Below are positions 49,050 through 61,339 of a DNA stretch of 64,000 bases, piece by piece (the first letter of the stretch is position 1; each line of letters starts with the position of its first letter). The notes under the pieces are model-generated. The model made no database searches. It saw only the letters and a program-made list of their open reading frames with translations, and had not been told where the DNA came from. This stretch comes from Vicugna vicugna (lineage: Eukaryota): contig MU057865.1 of NCBI GenBank assembly GCA_013265495.1, positions 682,001 to 746,000 on the forward strand, in the 5' to 3' direction. Both the position numbers and the translations under genes were made by a program.

Positions 49050-50600
49050 TGATGTGAAGCAAAGAGGCAATTCAAGAATGATACGTGAGCTTGGAACTGA
49101 CCGAGCTGTGGGACCATTTATGCAGATGGGGACCGACTACATGTGGGTGAGAGTGTGAGGTCGTGAGAAAAGGCCTCAAGAACTCTGCACTGAACTATGT
49201 TGAGTTTGGTGTTTAGGAATCTGTCGATTCTAGAGTTGAAGGGAGACATAAATGTGAGATGTTAGCCAACAGGAGATGCTCAAAGCCGTGGACTGATGGA
49301 TTGTCCAAGGCAGAGGGTGATTGTTGAGAGAACGAGAGAGAAGTCTAACCTCAGGTTGGGAGGGTGAGGACAAACCAGCCAAGGTGACTGAGAAAACAGC
49401 CAGCGAGGTAAGTGGAAAATGTCAGGATGCTGACATGACCCGGAAGCCAAGTGAATAAAGTGTTTTAAGGACGAGGGAGTGATAAACTGCGCCATATGCT
49501 GCTGCGGAGCAGAGGAAGATTAGAACTGAGAAGTGACTCACGATTCAGGAGCAGGACGTTGGCTGACGTGACAAGAGCAGTGCCATGGGGCTGGGTGGAA
49601 GCCTCGTTGGAGTGGCTTCAATATGGAATTGGGATTGAGGAAATGGAAAGAATGAGCTTAAATAACTTCTCCACGAATTTTCCTACAAAGGAGAGGAGAA
49701 ACACATATGAGGGGAATGTGGGTCCAAGAAAGCTAAATGAGAGGTATTACAACCAGGATTTAGACTGATGGGAACAGTCCAGTGGGGAGAGTGGCTGATG
49801 ATGCAGTAAAGAGAGAGAAATAAAACTGCAGGAACAAAGTCCTCTGTGTGTTTTAGAGAGGGTGGAATCCAGTGTGCAAGGCCGATATTTGACCTTCAAG
49901 GTGAGCAGGAAAAGGTCCTTCACCGTGACAGAAGGGAAGCACGCAAGGGGAGAGTGCAGGCGTGTTGGTGAATTTGGTGATGGGGTGGAGATGTTCTCTG
50001 ACTTCCCTGTTTTATCACTAAAATTAAAGGTGAAATCATCAATGGGGTGAGGAAGAAAAGGGAGCATTAAAAGTTTGAGGGTAAAAGAAAAGTAGTGACC
50101 GTGTTCTAGAGGAAATTTATAGAGTGGAAGTACCAGGGAAATAGAGACAGACCACGGGGACATTCTGGGATCCTGCAGGAGACAGATGGTTATAAACTTA
50201 GAGTGAAACCAGTCAGCATTATCACGTTGTTTTCATTTTTCTCCCCAACCCGCATTCCATAGCTTTAGCGGGATAGGTAAGGAGGTAAGTTTCACCAAGA
50301 AGAGGGGGAAAGGCAGAGGAGAGGGGGTGGTATGCAAGGGAAAGAGTTAAGAGGTTGACCCTGGAGTCTATGCTGAGGAAGGAGGGAAGAGAAGGCATAA
50401 GATGGGTCTTGGACAATGAAAAAGTTATGGATTGGCTACAGATTGGACAATAGTGTTGATGAAATATTGGTTTGCCTGTAGTGGCATAAATATACTGGGG
50501 ATTCATGAAGTGGGCTTATAGCTGAAATTTTGGAGGAAATGAAGTTACTGGTAGAATAAATTCTAGGGTGTGATATGGGAATGGGAGGACTTACTGAGGC
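49050..50600 (-). mobile_element. Long L2 LINE fragment including an ORF2 remnant
   Basis: Minus-strand ORF 49747-50163 contains DDFTFNFSDK..FPSVTVKDL..CTLDSTLS, which resembles L2/CR1-clade ORF2 (F..YFTEK..F.PVT..E..TCALDPIPS). Flanks are purine-rich L2 text. Confidence 0.7.
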
Positions 50601-51156
50601 GGGTAAGACGTGTGCTCAGCACAACCATGTGCAGTTTGAGAATGGATACTGTGTGGAAAGGCAGGTGCGAATGAATATGTGAACAAGTGGGTTAAGCCTA
50701 AGGATTCATTTGACAAGGAATTTAAAACGGAGATAACGAGATGTGACCTTGATACCCGAGTGACAACACTGGCATAAAAATAGTGGTCATTTCTATTCCC
50801 AATCGCTTATTTAAACAAACAAAAGCATATGACATCAAGAAGAAATACAATCTCCATGAGATCTGTTCTAAAGAATTGCTCTGTTTTCTCCTGTGACTTG
50901 CTAGTCTAATACCATTTGTAAGTATTCAAAAGCATCCAGGTTGCTATATATGGTTGTAAATGAACCTACACTTGTATCTAGCAACACTGAAATCCTTTAG
51001 CTACTGCAAAAGCATAAATGAAAATAATTACGTGCTATTTAGGAAGATGTAGGTAAGCCTATCTAAATTTAAAAGGAAAATGGGTTCAAATCAACAGTGG
51101 TTGAAAATACTTCAGGAATTAATAAGAAAGATATTCCTTTCTATACCTGATTCTTT

Positions 51157-51547
51157 TATATATATAAAGACACACACATATATATTCTTATTGAAGTATA
51201 GTCAGTTGACAATGTTGTGTCAGTTTCTGGTGTACATCACAATGCTTCAGTCATACATGATCATACATATATTTGTTTTCATATTTTTTTCACCATAAGT
51301 TACTACAAGGTATTGAATATAGTTCTTTATGCCATATAGTATAAACTTGTTGTTTATCTGTTTTATATGTATTAGTTAGTTTCTGCAAATCTCGAACTTG
51401 CAATTTATTTCTTCCCACCCCTTTCCCCACCCCAGAAACCATAAATTTGATTTCTATGTCTGTGAGTCTGTTTCTGTTTTGTAAATAAGTTTGTCTCTTT
51501 TTTTTTCAGATTCCACATGTAAATGATATCATATGGTACTCTTCTTT
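51157..51547 (-). mobile_element. 5'-truncated camelid-type L1 3' end
   Basis: TTATTGAAGTATAGTCAGTT..TTTCTGGTGTACA..CAGATTCCACATGTAAATGATATCATATGGTA. 20-bp TSD CTTTCTATACCT(G/A)ATTCTTT at 51137-51156 and 51548-51567. Confidence 0.92.
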
Positions 51548-53555
51548 CTTTCTATACCTAATTCTTTATTTTCTTAAAACATATTTTAAATGTTGACATA
51601 TTTACTTATAATTTTGAGCTGTTCTTACTCAAGAAAGAATATTTTAATTTGAAAACAAGTGATCTTCCTCTCTGTTATCTGTTCCTATTTAAAAACCTGA
51701 GTCTGTGCTGTGAGACCCCCAACCACTCTCTCTTCTCTCCTTTACCTGCCGATGTGTCTCTGGGAGGACTGTGGGGTGTCGGACTTGTGTGCATGAATTA
51801 CAAAGTGAGGACAAGTGAAGCCATCCAGATGTGGAATGTCTTCTTGCCAGAGGCTCCTGTGGCTCTTTTTCCCCAGACCAGTCATGAGCACGTTGTTATA
51901 AAAACAAGAATATATGTTAGAGATAAAATGACATTCATTATTTTAAAAAAGCTGAGTCAATTAATAAGTCAAACATTGCTCAAATAAAGTTTTATATATA
52001 TATATATGTATATATAAATTTTCTATTTACTCGAATAAATTAATTTTAGTTGTTTGAGAAACCATAATGAGCCTGAAAGAGCTACTTTGGCCTCCGGCGT
52101 AAATACTTCATCAGGCTGTCCTGCCAGGTGCCTTTGGAACAGACTCACTGTGGTAAGTTGCATTGAGACAGGCTCCACTGACGTGGAAGGCGATGGTGGC
52201 CCAGGTAAGGACAGTTGATCATCTTACTCTCCATTCTGGAAACTTCAGGAGTTTGCACGATCAGACTTGCCTACTCATGAAATTAGACCCCCCAGGAGCT
52301 CCTCTTCTTAAATGCAGGGGCAGCTTGTTTCAGGGAAAGGAAGATGTGCCTGAGACCAGGCTCTTAACCATCTGTTCAGTTCCTGGTTCTGAACAGGATT
52401 GTCGGGCAAACAGAGTCCTTAATTGCCCTAAACGTCTATGTTTGTTGCCTGTGAAAGAGTAGGTTTTTATTTACTCAAAGGGCTTTTTAAGGAAAAAGGA
52501 GGGAGAGGTAAATTTTTTCCAACACATTCTACGTGCCAGTCACTCCTGGGCAGTTTTCACGTATTGTTGCATTTAGGCATCACCTTCATATTGGAAAGAA
52601 GCAGAAACAATGGTCTTAATCTGCTTCTCTTCCATTCACTGCAGAGCTCACAGTTTTGACAGAAAATAAAACATAGACAGATTAACTAGAGGATAACATA
52701 ACAGAGTTAAACAAGTGTAAGACTCAGTTATAGGCTATGGGCTAGGGAGGTTTGGTAAAGAAGGAAGGTGTGATTGGGTTGGAACTGGTACATGAAGAAA
52801 AATATTAGTCTTGAATTAGAGAAGTTTTTACAGATTAAAGGATTTGTTGATGGGTGTGTGGAAGGAAGGCACGTATATGATCAGGATTTGAATTGGGGAC
52901 CAAAGAAAGAGTTAAAGAATCTGTCACAGTCTCCTGAGCTTCTGTGTAGCTCAGAAGAGCACCTCACCCTCTCATCAATGGAGGTTAAAATTGTTCTAGA
53001 ATATTTCACAGATTAAGAGGACTGGCCAGTCTTACACACAGGATGTCTTACCCATTCTGGGGATGGTGTTCCATTACACTCTGTTTATGTACTGTTATCT
53101 CTCAACATTGTTTTTTTCTGAATACAAATAACTTTGGGAAGAGGATCAGTTATGTGGATAACCTTAGGGTAAAGTCGTTTCTAAAATCACTTTCCTTCTT
53201 GGCAGAGAAAGAGCTGCATGAGTGAACTGGGCGCACGTGCTCGTGGCCACGGCAGCTCGGGACTCAGGTGGACCCGCCTGGCTTTTCGTCTCAGCTCTGA
53301 CACTTACATGGCTCTGTGTCTCTGGGAAAATTTCTCCACCATTTCAAGGCTAGTTTCCCTTGACTCTCTGAAGTCAAGACAAAAGTAATAACCAATTTCT
53401 CAACTGTGAAAGGTCTTCAGTGCAGTTCCTGGTACATCGTAAGCAATCTAACATGTTTGTTGTTTTTAATCATAAGACACGATAGAGGGCTAGAGAAAGG
53501 CTAGTGAGGGACGTGAGGACTTGGGCATCCAAAATGCCTCAAGGATGCTGGCAAA

Positions 53556-53557
<2 letters not shown>

Positions 53558-53589
<32 letters not shown>
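53558..53589. repeat. (GA)16 microsatellite
   Basis: Perfect GA run. Confidence 0.95.
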
Positions 53590-53591
<2 letters not shown>

Positions 53592-54519
53592 AAGAATATC
53601 TCAGCTAACTTTATGATTTTCCATTGGACTGCCCTGCAGAGGAACTCAGAGAACCGTTTTGTAAATGAGCCACAGGATTTATTACCAATATAATCTTTTG
53701 CAAATTAGTAGCCATAATGTCCTGCACCTGCGGCATTCTAGAATGCCTCCTGTCCCCTTTGTCCCTTTCTTCCCTTCTTTTCTCCTCATGGCTCTCTGAG
53801 GATCTTTGGAAGATAGTGTGTCCTGTACCCTATTCCACCAGGTCTGAAGCCATCACCCCCAAGCAGCAAGGACATACTGGCTGCCCTGGGCCTGGGGACA
53901 GAGGTGGCGGTAGGTTGCTGGCCATCTGAGTGGTGCTTCTTATTGTCCCACATAGAATCATCCATCACAGACCAGCAGGTGACCCCAGTAATGCCAGGGA
54001 AAGTCAGACCAATTTATTAGCAAAAGGGACGAAGCCAGAGCAAAAGTGGATGATGTGGGCATGTTCAGCTTTGCCACGAATTTCAGTGTTTGGTGGTTTG
54101 GGTGATGTGCCCAAAGCAGCGTTTTGAGGCCAGCTCCCTCCTCGGTCTTCCCAGATAAGTTTCTAATGAACTTGAGACTAAAAACATGTCTGTTGCCCTC
54201 CCTGGTTGCTCTGGTCTGGGCAGCAAGATAATATTTTCTTCCCTTTGCAGGAGTGTAGAAGATGCTCAAGGTTATTATTATTACTATTTTTTCCTCTACA
54301 GGATGAGACAACTCAAGTCAGTTTGAAATATTTCTTAAAAAAACCAATAGTATTTTATTTTAAGAGCATTGTTTCAGTATGTTTTCATTCACTTAAAATA
54401 AAAACCCTGTTTCAAAGTATATTAATAATGTTACTATCTTATTTTTTGAGCAGAAAACAATATTCAATTTTTAACAATCTTTTTCAGGTTATTATTTTAG
54501 ATATAGAATTGTGGATGAG

Positions 54520-54666
54520 GGGAGGGTACAGCTTAGTGGTAAAGTGCATGCTTAGTACGTGCAAGGTCTTGGGTTCAATCCACAGTACCCTCATTTAAAA
54601 AAATAAAAATAAAGTAAATAAATATATAAACCCAATTACTCCCCCCCAAATTAATTAAATTAAAAA
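54520..54666 (+). mobile_element. Camelid Vic-type tRNA-derived SINE
   Basis: GGGAGGGTACAGCTTAGTGGTAAAGTGCATGCTTAG..GGTCTTGGGTTCAATCC (Pol III A and B boxes) and an A-rich tail. 13-bp TSD AATT(G/A)TGGATGAG at 54507-54519 and 54667-54679. Confidence 0.9.
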
Positions 54667-55214
54667 AATTATGGATGAGTTATTTAATCTCTTGTGAGTC
54701 TGTTCACCTTTAAAATAACAAACACCCAAGCCATATTAATCTGGCCAAATTCCAAGTTAAATAAAGTTTTAGGAAGTTCCCTATCTTTGGTGGTTTTGTG
54801 TACAGACTGGGGACATAAGAATACCAATAGAAAACTATTGGAGAACAAAAGGGGACAATTCTAGTCTAGGGCCAATCTGCGCAGTACTGAGGGTAATGAA
54901 GCTGGGAAGATACAGGTGGGAGGGGTTAATGTCAACGGAGTACCCAGCTCCGGTTTCACAGAGGGTGCGAAATTAAACTAGGCTTTGCCAGATGGATCGT
55001 CTAAGGGTTGACACAGAGAACACAGGAGGGCGATAGATATAGAAATAATTGAGTTGGGAAGGGGCAGGGTAATGTTAACAGTGGTGTTCACACGTGCTGT
55101 TAGGCAATACAGCTGAGACAACATTCAGACCAGGAGAACATTCCATCGGTCATCGTGCTAAATAGTCTCCCTGTTTCTTTACAAAATACTTTAAAAATGT
55201 ATGGAGACGGCATT

Positions 55215-55400
55215 GGCCAAAGCAACGCTAAGACTGGAGTCAAACAAACCTGGGCTTCGCTTTCAACTTTGTCACTTCCTAGCTGAGTGCCCCTGGCCAA
55301 AGTATGTCAATGTCTCTGTGTCAGTTCACCCATTTCTAAGATGGCAATAAGAATGCATCTAACTCATAGGAGTTTTGTGATGAGCGAAAAGATGGATGTA
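55215..55400 (+). mobile_element. MIR SINE fragment
   Basis: GACTGGAGTCAAACAAACCTGGGCTTC..CACTTCCTAGCTGAGTG..TCTCTGTGTCAGTT..TAAGATGGCAATAA..CTCATAGGAGTTTTGTGA. Confidence 0.7.
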
Positions 55401-55522
55401 AGTCAGACATAGTTCTCACTCGGAAAAGATCCATGGTGGTCCCTAGTTTTGTGATTGCCATTGCTGTTACAAATTTTAGTGGTAGCATTAGTGTTCTGAC
55501 CTTTTCAATACGATTAGATTGA

Positions 55523-55795
55523 TTTTTTTTCTTTTTTAATTGAAGTATAATCGATTTATGTTGTGTTAATTTCTGATGTACAACACAGTGATTTATTTAT
55601 ACATACATATTTTTTCATATTCTTTCTCATTATTGGCCATTACAAGGTATTGAATATTGTTCCCTTTGCTCTACAGTAGGACCCTGTGGTTTACCTGTTT
55701 TATATATGGTAGTGTCTACAAATCCCGAACTCCCAATTTATCTCCCCTCCCCCCGCTTTCTCCTCTGGTAACCGTAAGTTTGTTTTCTATGTCTA
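55523..55795 (-). mobile_element. 5'-truncated cetartiodactyl-type L1 3' end
   Basis: TTTAATTGAAGTATAATCGATTTA..TTACAAGGTATTGAATATTGTTCCC..CTCTGGTAACCGTAAGTTTGTTTTCTATGTCT. Confidence 0.88.
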
Positions 55796-56731
55796 AGACT
55801 GGATTGGTGTTAAGTGGCATTGGGATATAATTACGTGCATACAGTCGCGAATACAAGGTAGGGGGCCTACATCTAAGGGGACCATATACCCCTGAGGCAA
55901 TCTCCATCGACACCTGTGGTCTTGACGTAAATACTGAAAACGCTTTTTTTTTTCCCCTCTCAAATATGTCCTGGTTTGGCCAAGAAATTATTTGGTCATA
56001 TCTCTCATAACCAATGCACAATAGAGAGTTCTGCAGCTTTTTCAGCAGGAGAAATGATGGGATGGAAGCAGTGTTTTAGGGAGATTTTTGTGGTGCTGAC
56101 ATCTAAGAAGCCTAGAGAGGGTAAAAGGCAGGAAGAAACGCAAGGGACGTGCTCTTTCTGACAGCACCCTGGACCCAGGGATGATGACGGTGAGGGGTGG
56201 AGTTTAAGAGATTTCCTGGGAACAAAAGCCGGGCCCAGGAGGAAAGGGGCACCTTCTCCTTCCTCAGCTGACCCCTAACCTCTGACCCTTCACATTCCTC
56301 ATGTGGTTCTCAAGCGCTTTTTACGCAATCCTTTGATGGAAACCCTACGATCAGGGGGCCAACTCCAGTCCATCCTAAGTAGGGGGATTGAAACTCCGAA
56401 TTACTGTGTCATATAAGACATGTGGCATGAACAATGGAGACTTACGTCAGAAATAGTTCTTCCGCAATGATCTCTGACTTCCATGGGTGTATGATGATAA
56501 TCGTCCCCTGTTCAAGGTTCTCTGAGCACTTATGCTGAGTGACCCAGCATCACGCTCCAACCCTGGGCCTGTCCTATCTCATATCTCAGTGCACATGAGT
56601 CTCAAAAGGAGTATACTTCCCCGTGAAGGTGGGGCAGTTTAACTGAGACCCCAAAAATCCACTTTATTACATAAAAGAAAAAAGGCAGGAGGGGTAGGAT
56701 CAGGGACTCTGGTGGCTGGAGAGCGATTTTT

Positions 56732-57052
56732 ATTTTTTTATTTATTTATTTTTTTTTATTTTTAATCAAAGTAGAGTCAGTTACAATGTGTAAATTTCAG
56801 GCATACCTATAGATACACGTACATATTCATTTTCAGATTCTTATTTATTTTTTTTTAATCAAAGTAGAGTCAGTTACAATGTGTAAATTTCACGCATACC
56901 TATAGATACACATACATATTCATTTTCAGATTCTTCTTCATTATAGGTCACTACAAGATATCGAATATAGTTCCCTGTGCTCTACTGAAGATATTTGCTT
57001 TTTTTATCTAGTTTACATATATGTAGCAGTAAATATTTGCAAGTTTGAGATT
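56732..57052 (-). mobile_element. 5'-truncated L1 3' end with an internal 93-bp-period tandem duplication
   Basis: AATCAAAGTAGAGTCAGTTACAATGTG..CAGATTCTT at 56764-56842 and 56857-56935. Approximate TSD TGGAGAGCG(G)ATT(T/C)TT at 56717 and 57053. Confidence 0.88.
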
Positions 57053-57639
57053 TGGAGAGCGGATTCTTGGCTGAGCATAGTGATGGATGATAGTAGGGAG
57101 GGAGAGACTGGACTGCTCAGGGCAGAATTCTCTGCATGATTTAGGTGAAAGCAGGGGAGACAGACTCCAGGAGGGTGGAGACCAGAGACTGAAGCCTGGG
57201 CACTGTGTTGGGGAGAGCAGGCAGGAGAGGATCTGTGACATTGGAGACAGACTCTGGAAAGACAAATCTCTATTCTGGGTATCCATGTGGTTGTGGGCTG
57301 TGGGGTATGCACTGTAAACCTTTCTCCATCTGCCAAAGGTAATCACTGAACACAGAGCATTCGCTATTGCTGTCTTATGCTTCCGGTGCCGGGCACCGTG
57401 GGGAGGAGTGGCCCTGCGACTAAGTGAGGACAGCGAGGACACTGGGTGAGTCTGTTCAGACCCCATGCAGCAGACTTGGAGCTCCATTTGTCCGTACCCT
57501 ACCGAGATGAAATCTGGACTGGGAGAAAATCGGATGCAGAAATCCTGGTTTTGAGGATATGATGCTTCAGATGGTTTGTGCACAGACTCTGGTCCAGTCA
57601 AGTCTGAAGGAAGACCAGGCATGTCTTCTTCGGGAGTGT

Positions 57640-58150
57640 TTTCCTGAAAGCCCCAAATTAATTAAGCTCAGAAAGTTCTAAATGCTGAAGAGGAGCTCTT
57701 AATTTAAAGAAAATCTAAAGTGAACCCTCTGGTAAAGCACGGAATCCTTTTGTAATGCAAATAACCCCTCCCCAGTGCCATTATATTACCTTGTAAGTTT
57801 CTGAGTTGGGAGAAGGCTGGGCCCACCTGTATGCCATTCACAATGCACTGAGGAAGCAGAGCATAATAGATGTGAGCCCTAGGAATATTTCAACCCGAGC
57901 AGCATGGTTCACTGTTGTCTATGACATGTTGTTAAATTATTGACACCCAGCCAGGCTTTGGGACACGGGCTCTGCTGCTCAGCGCTAACAAAGCCACCTG
58001 AGAGAATGCGGTAATGAGAGAGCAGGGACTTGGTCCGGATGGGATGAGGCTTCTGGGCGGCAAGTCCTGCCAGAACAGGAGAGGGCTACAAATTATTTGG
58101 ACTGACCACTCTTGCAAAAAGGAGCATTAATGAAATTCTTACAACAGATG
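57640..58150. promoter_or_regulatory. Putative enhancer with a SOX-OCT composite-like site
   Basis: Repeat-free block with TTTTGTAATGCAAAT at 57748-57762, plus AATTAATTAA, TTAATTTA and CATTAATG homeodomain-type motifs. Confidence 0.35.
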
Positions 58151-59469
58151 GCAAACTGTCCTTGGATCCTCCGGTGGGGGAAAAGGGAAAAAAAAAACTT
58201 TCAAAGAATATTTTATAGGAATGTATCACAGAATCCACTTACTCCGAGGACACACAGAGCGCTATCAAAGAGACATTCAGCTAAATTATTGAACAGAAGA
58301 TGACAGAAAAGAATTAAAGGAAGAAATTTTCTCATCTCAAGTTAAAACAACAATCCACTCTCTAGCCACGGGTAAATCTCTGGGTCCAGATGGTTGCCCG
58401 ACAGAATTTTAGCAAACATTTGGAGAGATAATCAGGCCTGTAACAGTAGATAATTACTCACTTGTATATGGCTCAGTGCCCCCTCATCTACGTTACTTTC
58501 TATAGCAGGTTTTTTGCCAAAAGAAAGGAAGCCGACCCCTGCTCTATTTTTTCATTTGTCGCATTCTCTTTCTTCTCTCCAAACGGTTGCCAAGAGCCAT
58601 CTTTTTTATTTCAATGTCCTTATGAAGACCTCTGAGCACATGGGGAAGCGGAGGAGACATTTAACATCGCTGACATGGGATAGGAAAATAGCGACTGGGA
58701 AATTCTCCAGGAATACAGGTGAAGCTTCAGTTTACTTGTCAAGAAACCTCCTCCAATGAGTATGTTTAGGGTAGGGGGCTCCCGTTACCCTACCCCCTCA
58801 CTTCCACCCCTCATCTTCCTAAGGAGAGGCATAAGCACTGGCTTTTGGGAAGCATGCAGGATTGAACACCTGCGCCCGTCCCCTCTCCCCGCCCACCCAG
58901 AGAGCATCACGTGTGGAAAGGTCGTAGACGGTCTTAGCAGCATTAGCTCACAGCTATTCTGCCAGAGGCTTCATGGAGGCTGATGAGTTTAGCTCCAGTC
59001 TGTGCTCTAAGGCTGAGAAAAGCCAGGATGAGGCTCCACACTGCAGGCTTCACTGGCCAGAGTGGCTATAAATGTCTCTGCAAATTATTAATGGTCTGGG
59101 AAGACCATCATCTTCGGCTCCTGTGGATGCTTCCCCCTCTGCAGCGGAGCATTTTACAAAGGCGAGCTAATTAACCCTGTCACCAATCCAATGATTCCGG
59201 GGTGATTTTTTCCCCCCATTCTGTAGATGGAGAAACTGAGCGCCAAGAGTCCAAACTCTGAGCTGTCAACACTTTGAAGATGAAACAAATTTGGAACAGC
59301 CAGTAATTAGTCATTTCCACCTCAGGGAAATCTGTCTACCAGACATCCATGCACAGACAGCACAGTAAGGTTTATTGATTAATGCAGTGATCACAGTTAT
59401 CATTTACTGAGTGTTTAATATGCCCTGCACTGTCCATATGGCAGAGGGCTCAGTTCTCACCATCCTTCA

Positions 59470-59645
59470 GAACGGCGACTCTCGTCCTTGGCTGTGTTGG
59501 GACACCACTGGGGAGACCTAAAACTCCTGATTCCCACCCCCCAGGTCAATGAAATCAGAATCTCTGGTAGGTGGGGACCAGATATCAGTATTTTTTTTAA
59601 AGCTCCCCCAGGTGATTTTAATATGCAACCAGAGGTATGAACATT
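59470..59645. mobile_element. MER5-family hAT-Charlie element
   Basis: CCCACCCCCCAGG..TGAAATCAGAATCTCTGG..GTGGGGACCAG..CAGTATTTTTTTTAAAGCTCCCCCAGGTGATTTTAATATGCAACCAG. Confidence 0.75.
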
Positions 59646-60951
59646 TTGGAAAGAAAACTGGAAGAGAAATAAAGAGATAGAGAAGGACACAAAGAGTGCA
59701 TGATACCATGTTGTTGACTTTTATTTTGTCTTTCAGTGAACGAGACTTGAGTTGTAAGATGAGCAGGAAGAGCTAGTGGAGAAGAAACATAAAGGAAACA
59801 GAAGAGAATGGGTCATTAACAGATCAACTTCCCAGAGGAAATGAGACTGAAGATTCGCCATCTTCTCCTTTATGTCTCTTTGTCCACTTACAGATGCCTA
59901 TGGGAGCATCTATTACACTAAATTTTTTGTTTACATGTTGTCTTCTCTCCAGACTACAAATTGCTTGAGGTGTGGAGCAGTAGGGTCATCACACGTATGT
60001 CCAGCACTTTCAGTGAATGTCTGAGAAGTAACAGTCCCTCAGGCGTTGAGTAAATGAAATAACGAACTTGGGGAATCTAACAGAGAAGACTCTCCGAGTG
60101 TCTTTTACACAGTGTTTAAAACTCATGCCATGAATCATCCTTTTAGACTAAAGCTCTGGTGACCTGAGTTAAGAATTGGTTACAGGGATGTTAATGACGC
60201 ACCATGCTACCTTCAGGCATTTGTGCCTCTGCATAAATGGTTTTGACCCACTAGCCCATCAGTCACCAAGAGGAACCAAAGGAAATGAGAATGTAGGCAG
60301 GCTGAGGTTAAGCACAGGAGAGGAAAGAGCCCAGAGCGCTGGGGTCTGCTTCCAGGCTTCCAGGAGGCAACAGGGAGGTTTGAGACCACACATGTGATCA
60401 CTTACTATCATTTATGTTCCCTGGGTTTCTATGTATAAGCTCCTTGGGAAATGAATGAGTAATAGAAGATGCCACTTTTCACTCAACTGGACTGATTCAT
60501 CCCAGAAGGAACATTATTTGGTGATTTGTGGACCATCCTGTGAATGCCAAGAACATCCCATGTAATACTCCAGTTCATAGCTGTAGCCAACAGGGGCCCT
60601 CCCCTTCATGGCGTCACCCAGTGCTCGATCCCACCACTGTTCTGTAGCCAAGGGGTAAGCCCATCTTGCTCTCACCCTGCTAGTGGAAACTGCATCGTCT
60701 CGTCCAGATACACTGTACCTCCTTGCCTTGATTCTAGCCCAAACCCACGTTTTCCTCTGCTCTATGATCAGTATTTCTTCATAGTCTCAAATTCCTTCCT
60801 ACATTTTTTTCTAGCTCCTTATCTTAATTGTGAAATCATTTCACTTCTAAAATCACTAGTTCAAAATTATTGCCCTCTAACTGAAAATCCCCACCCTTCC
60901 AGCCTGCTTTTTCAAGTAGCCCTGCCATGAATATTCAGACCTTTACTTTTT

Positions 60952-61002
60952 TTGTTGTTGTTGTGTTTTGTTTTTTGGGTTTTTTTTTGTTTGTTTGTTT
61001 TA
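60952..61002 (-). mobile_element. Orphan poly(A)-derived insertion flanked by a TSD
   Basis: 51-bp T-rich tract between perfect 16-bp direct repeats CAGACCTTTACTTTTT (60936-60951 and 61003-61018). Confidence 0.65.
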
Positions 61003-61082
61003 CAGACCTTTACTTTTTGATCCCTATTAAAAATTTTGTTTTTGGCTATCCATAAGCTTTTTTAAAAAAACATACAAACAAC

Positions 61083-61143
61083 TTTATTGAAGTGTAGTTG
61101 ATTTACAATGTTAGTTTCAGGTGTACAGCAAAGAGATTCGGTT
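61083..61143 (-). mobile_element. Very short L1 3' terminal fragment
   Basis: TTTATTGAAGTGTAGTTGATTTACAATGTTAGTTTCAGGTGTACAGCAAAGAGATTCGGTT. Confidence 0.8.
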
Positions 61144-61339
61144 CACTCTCTCCCCTATCCAGTTTAGATTGTTTGACTTATCGTTGCAATGAAACCCATT
61201 TACACAAATGGTAAATTCCATTTCCCTCTCTGTTCTTTATAACTTTCATCTGGGACAGAGTCAACTCTTGGGTAAAACTATTGCCAGGAAATAAGTTCTG
61301 TTGGAAAAGACACTATAGAACAGAATGCTGTAATCCCCC

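Noticed and set aside
54520..54592. tRNA gene
   Set aside because: The A/B boxes belong to a SINE with an A-rich tail and TSD, and the cloverleaf stems are degraded.
57008..57622. 204-aa minus-strand ORF, the longest non-L1 ORF
   Set aside because: Ser/Pro-rich with no recognisable domain, runs into an L1 3' UTR, and overlaps other spurious ORFs.
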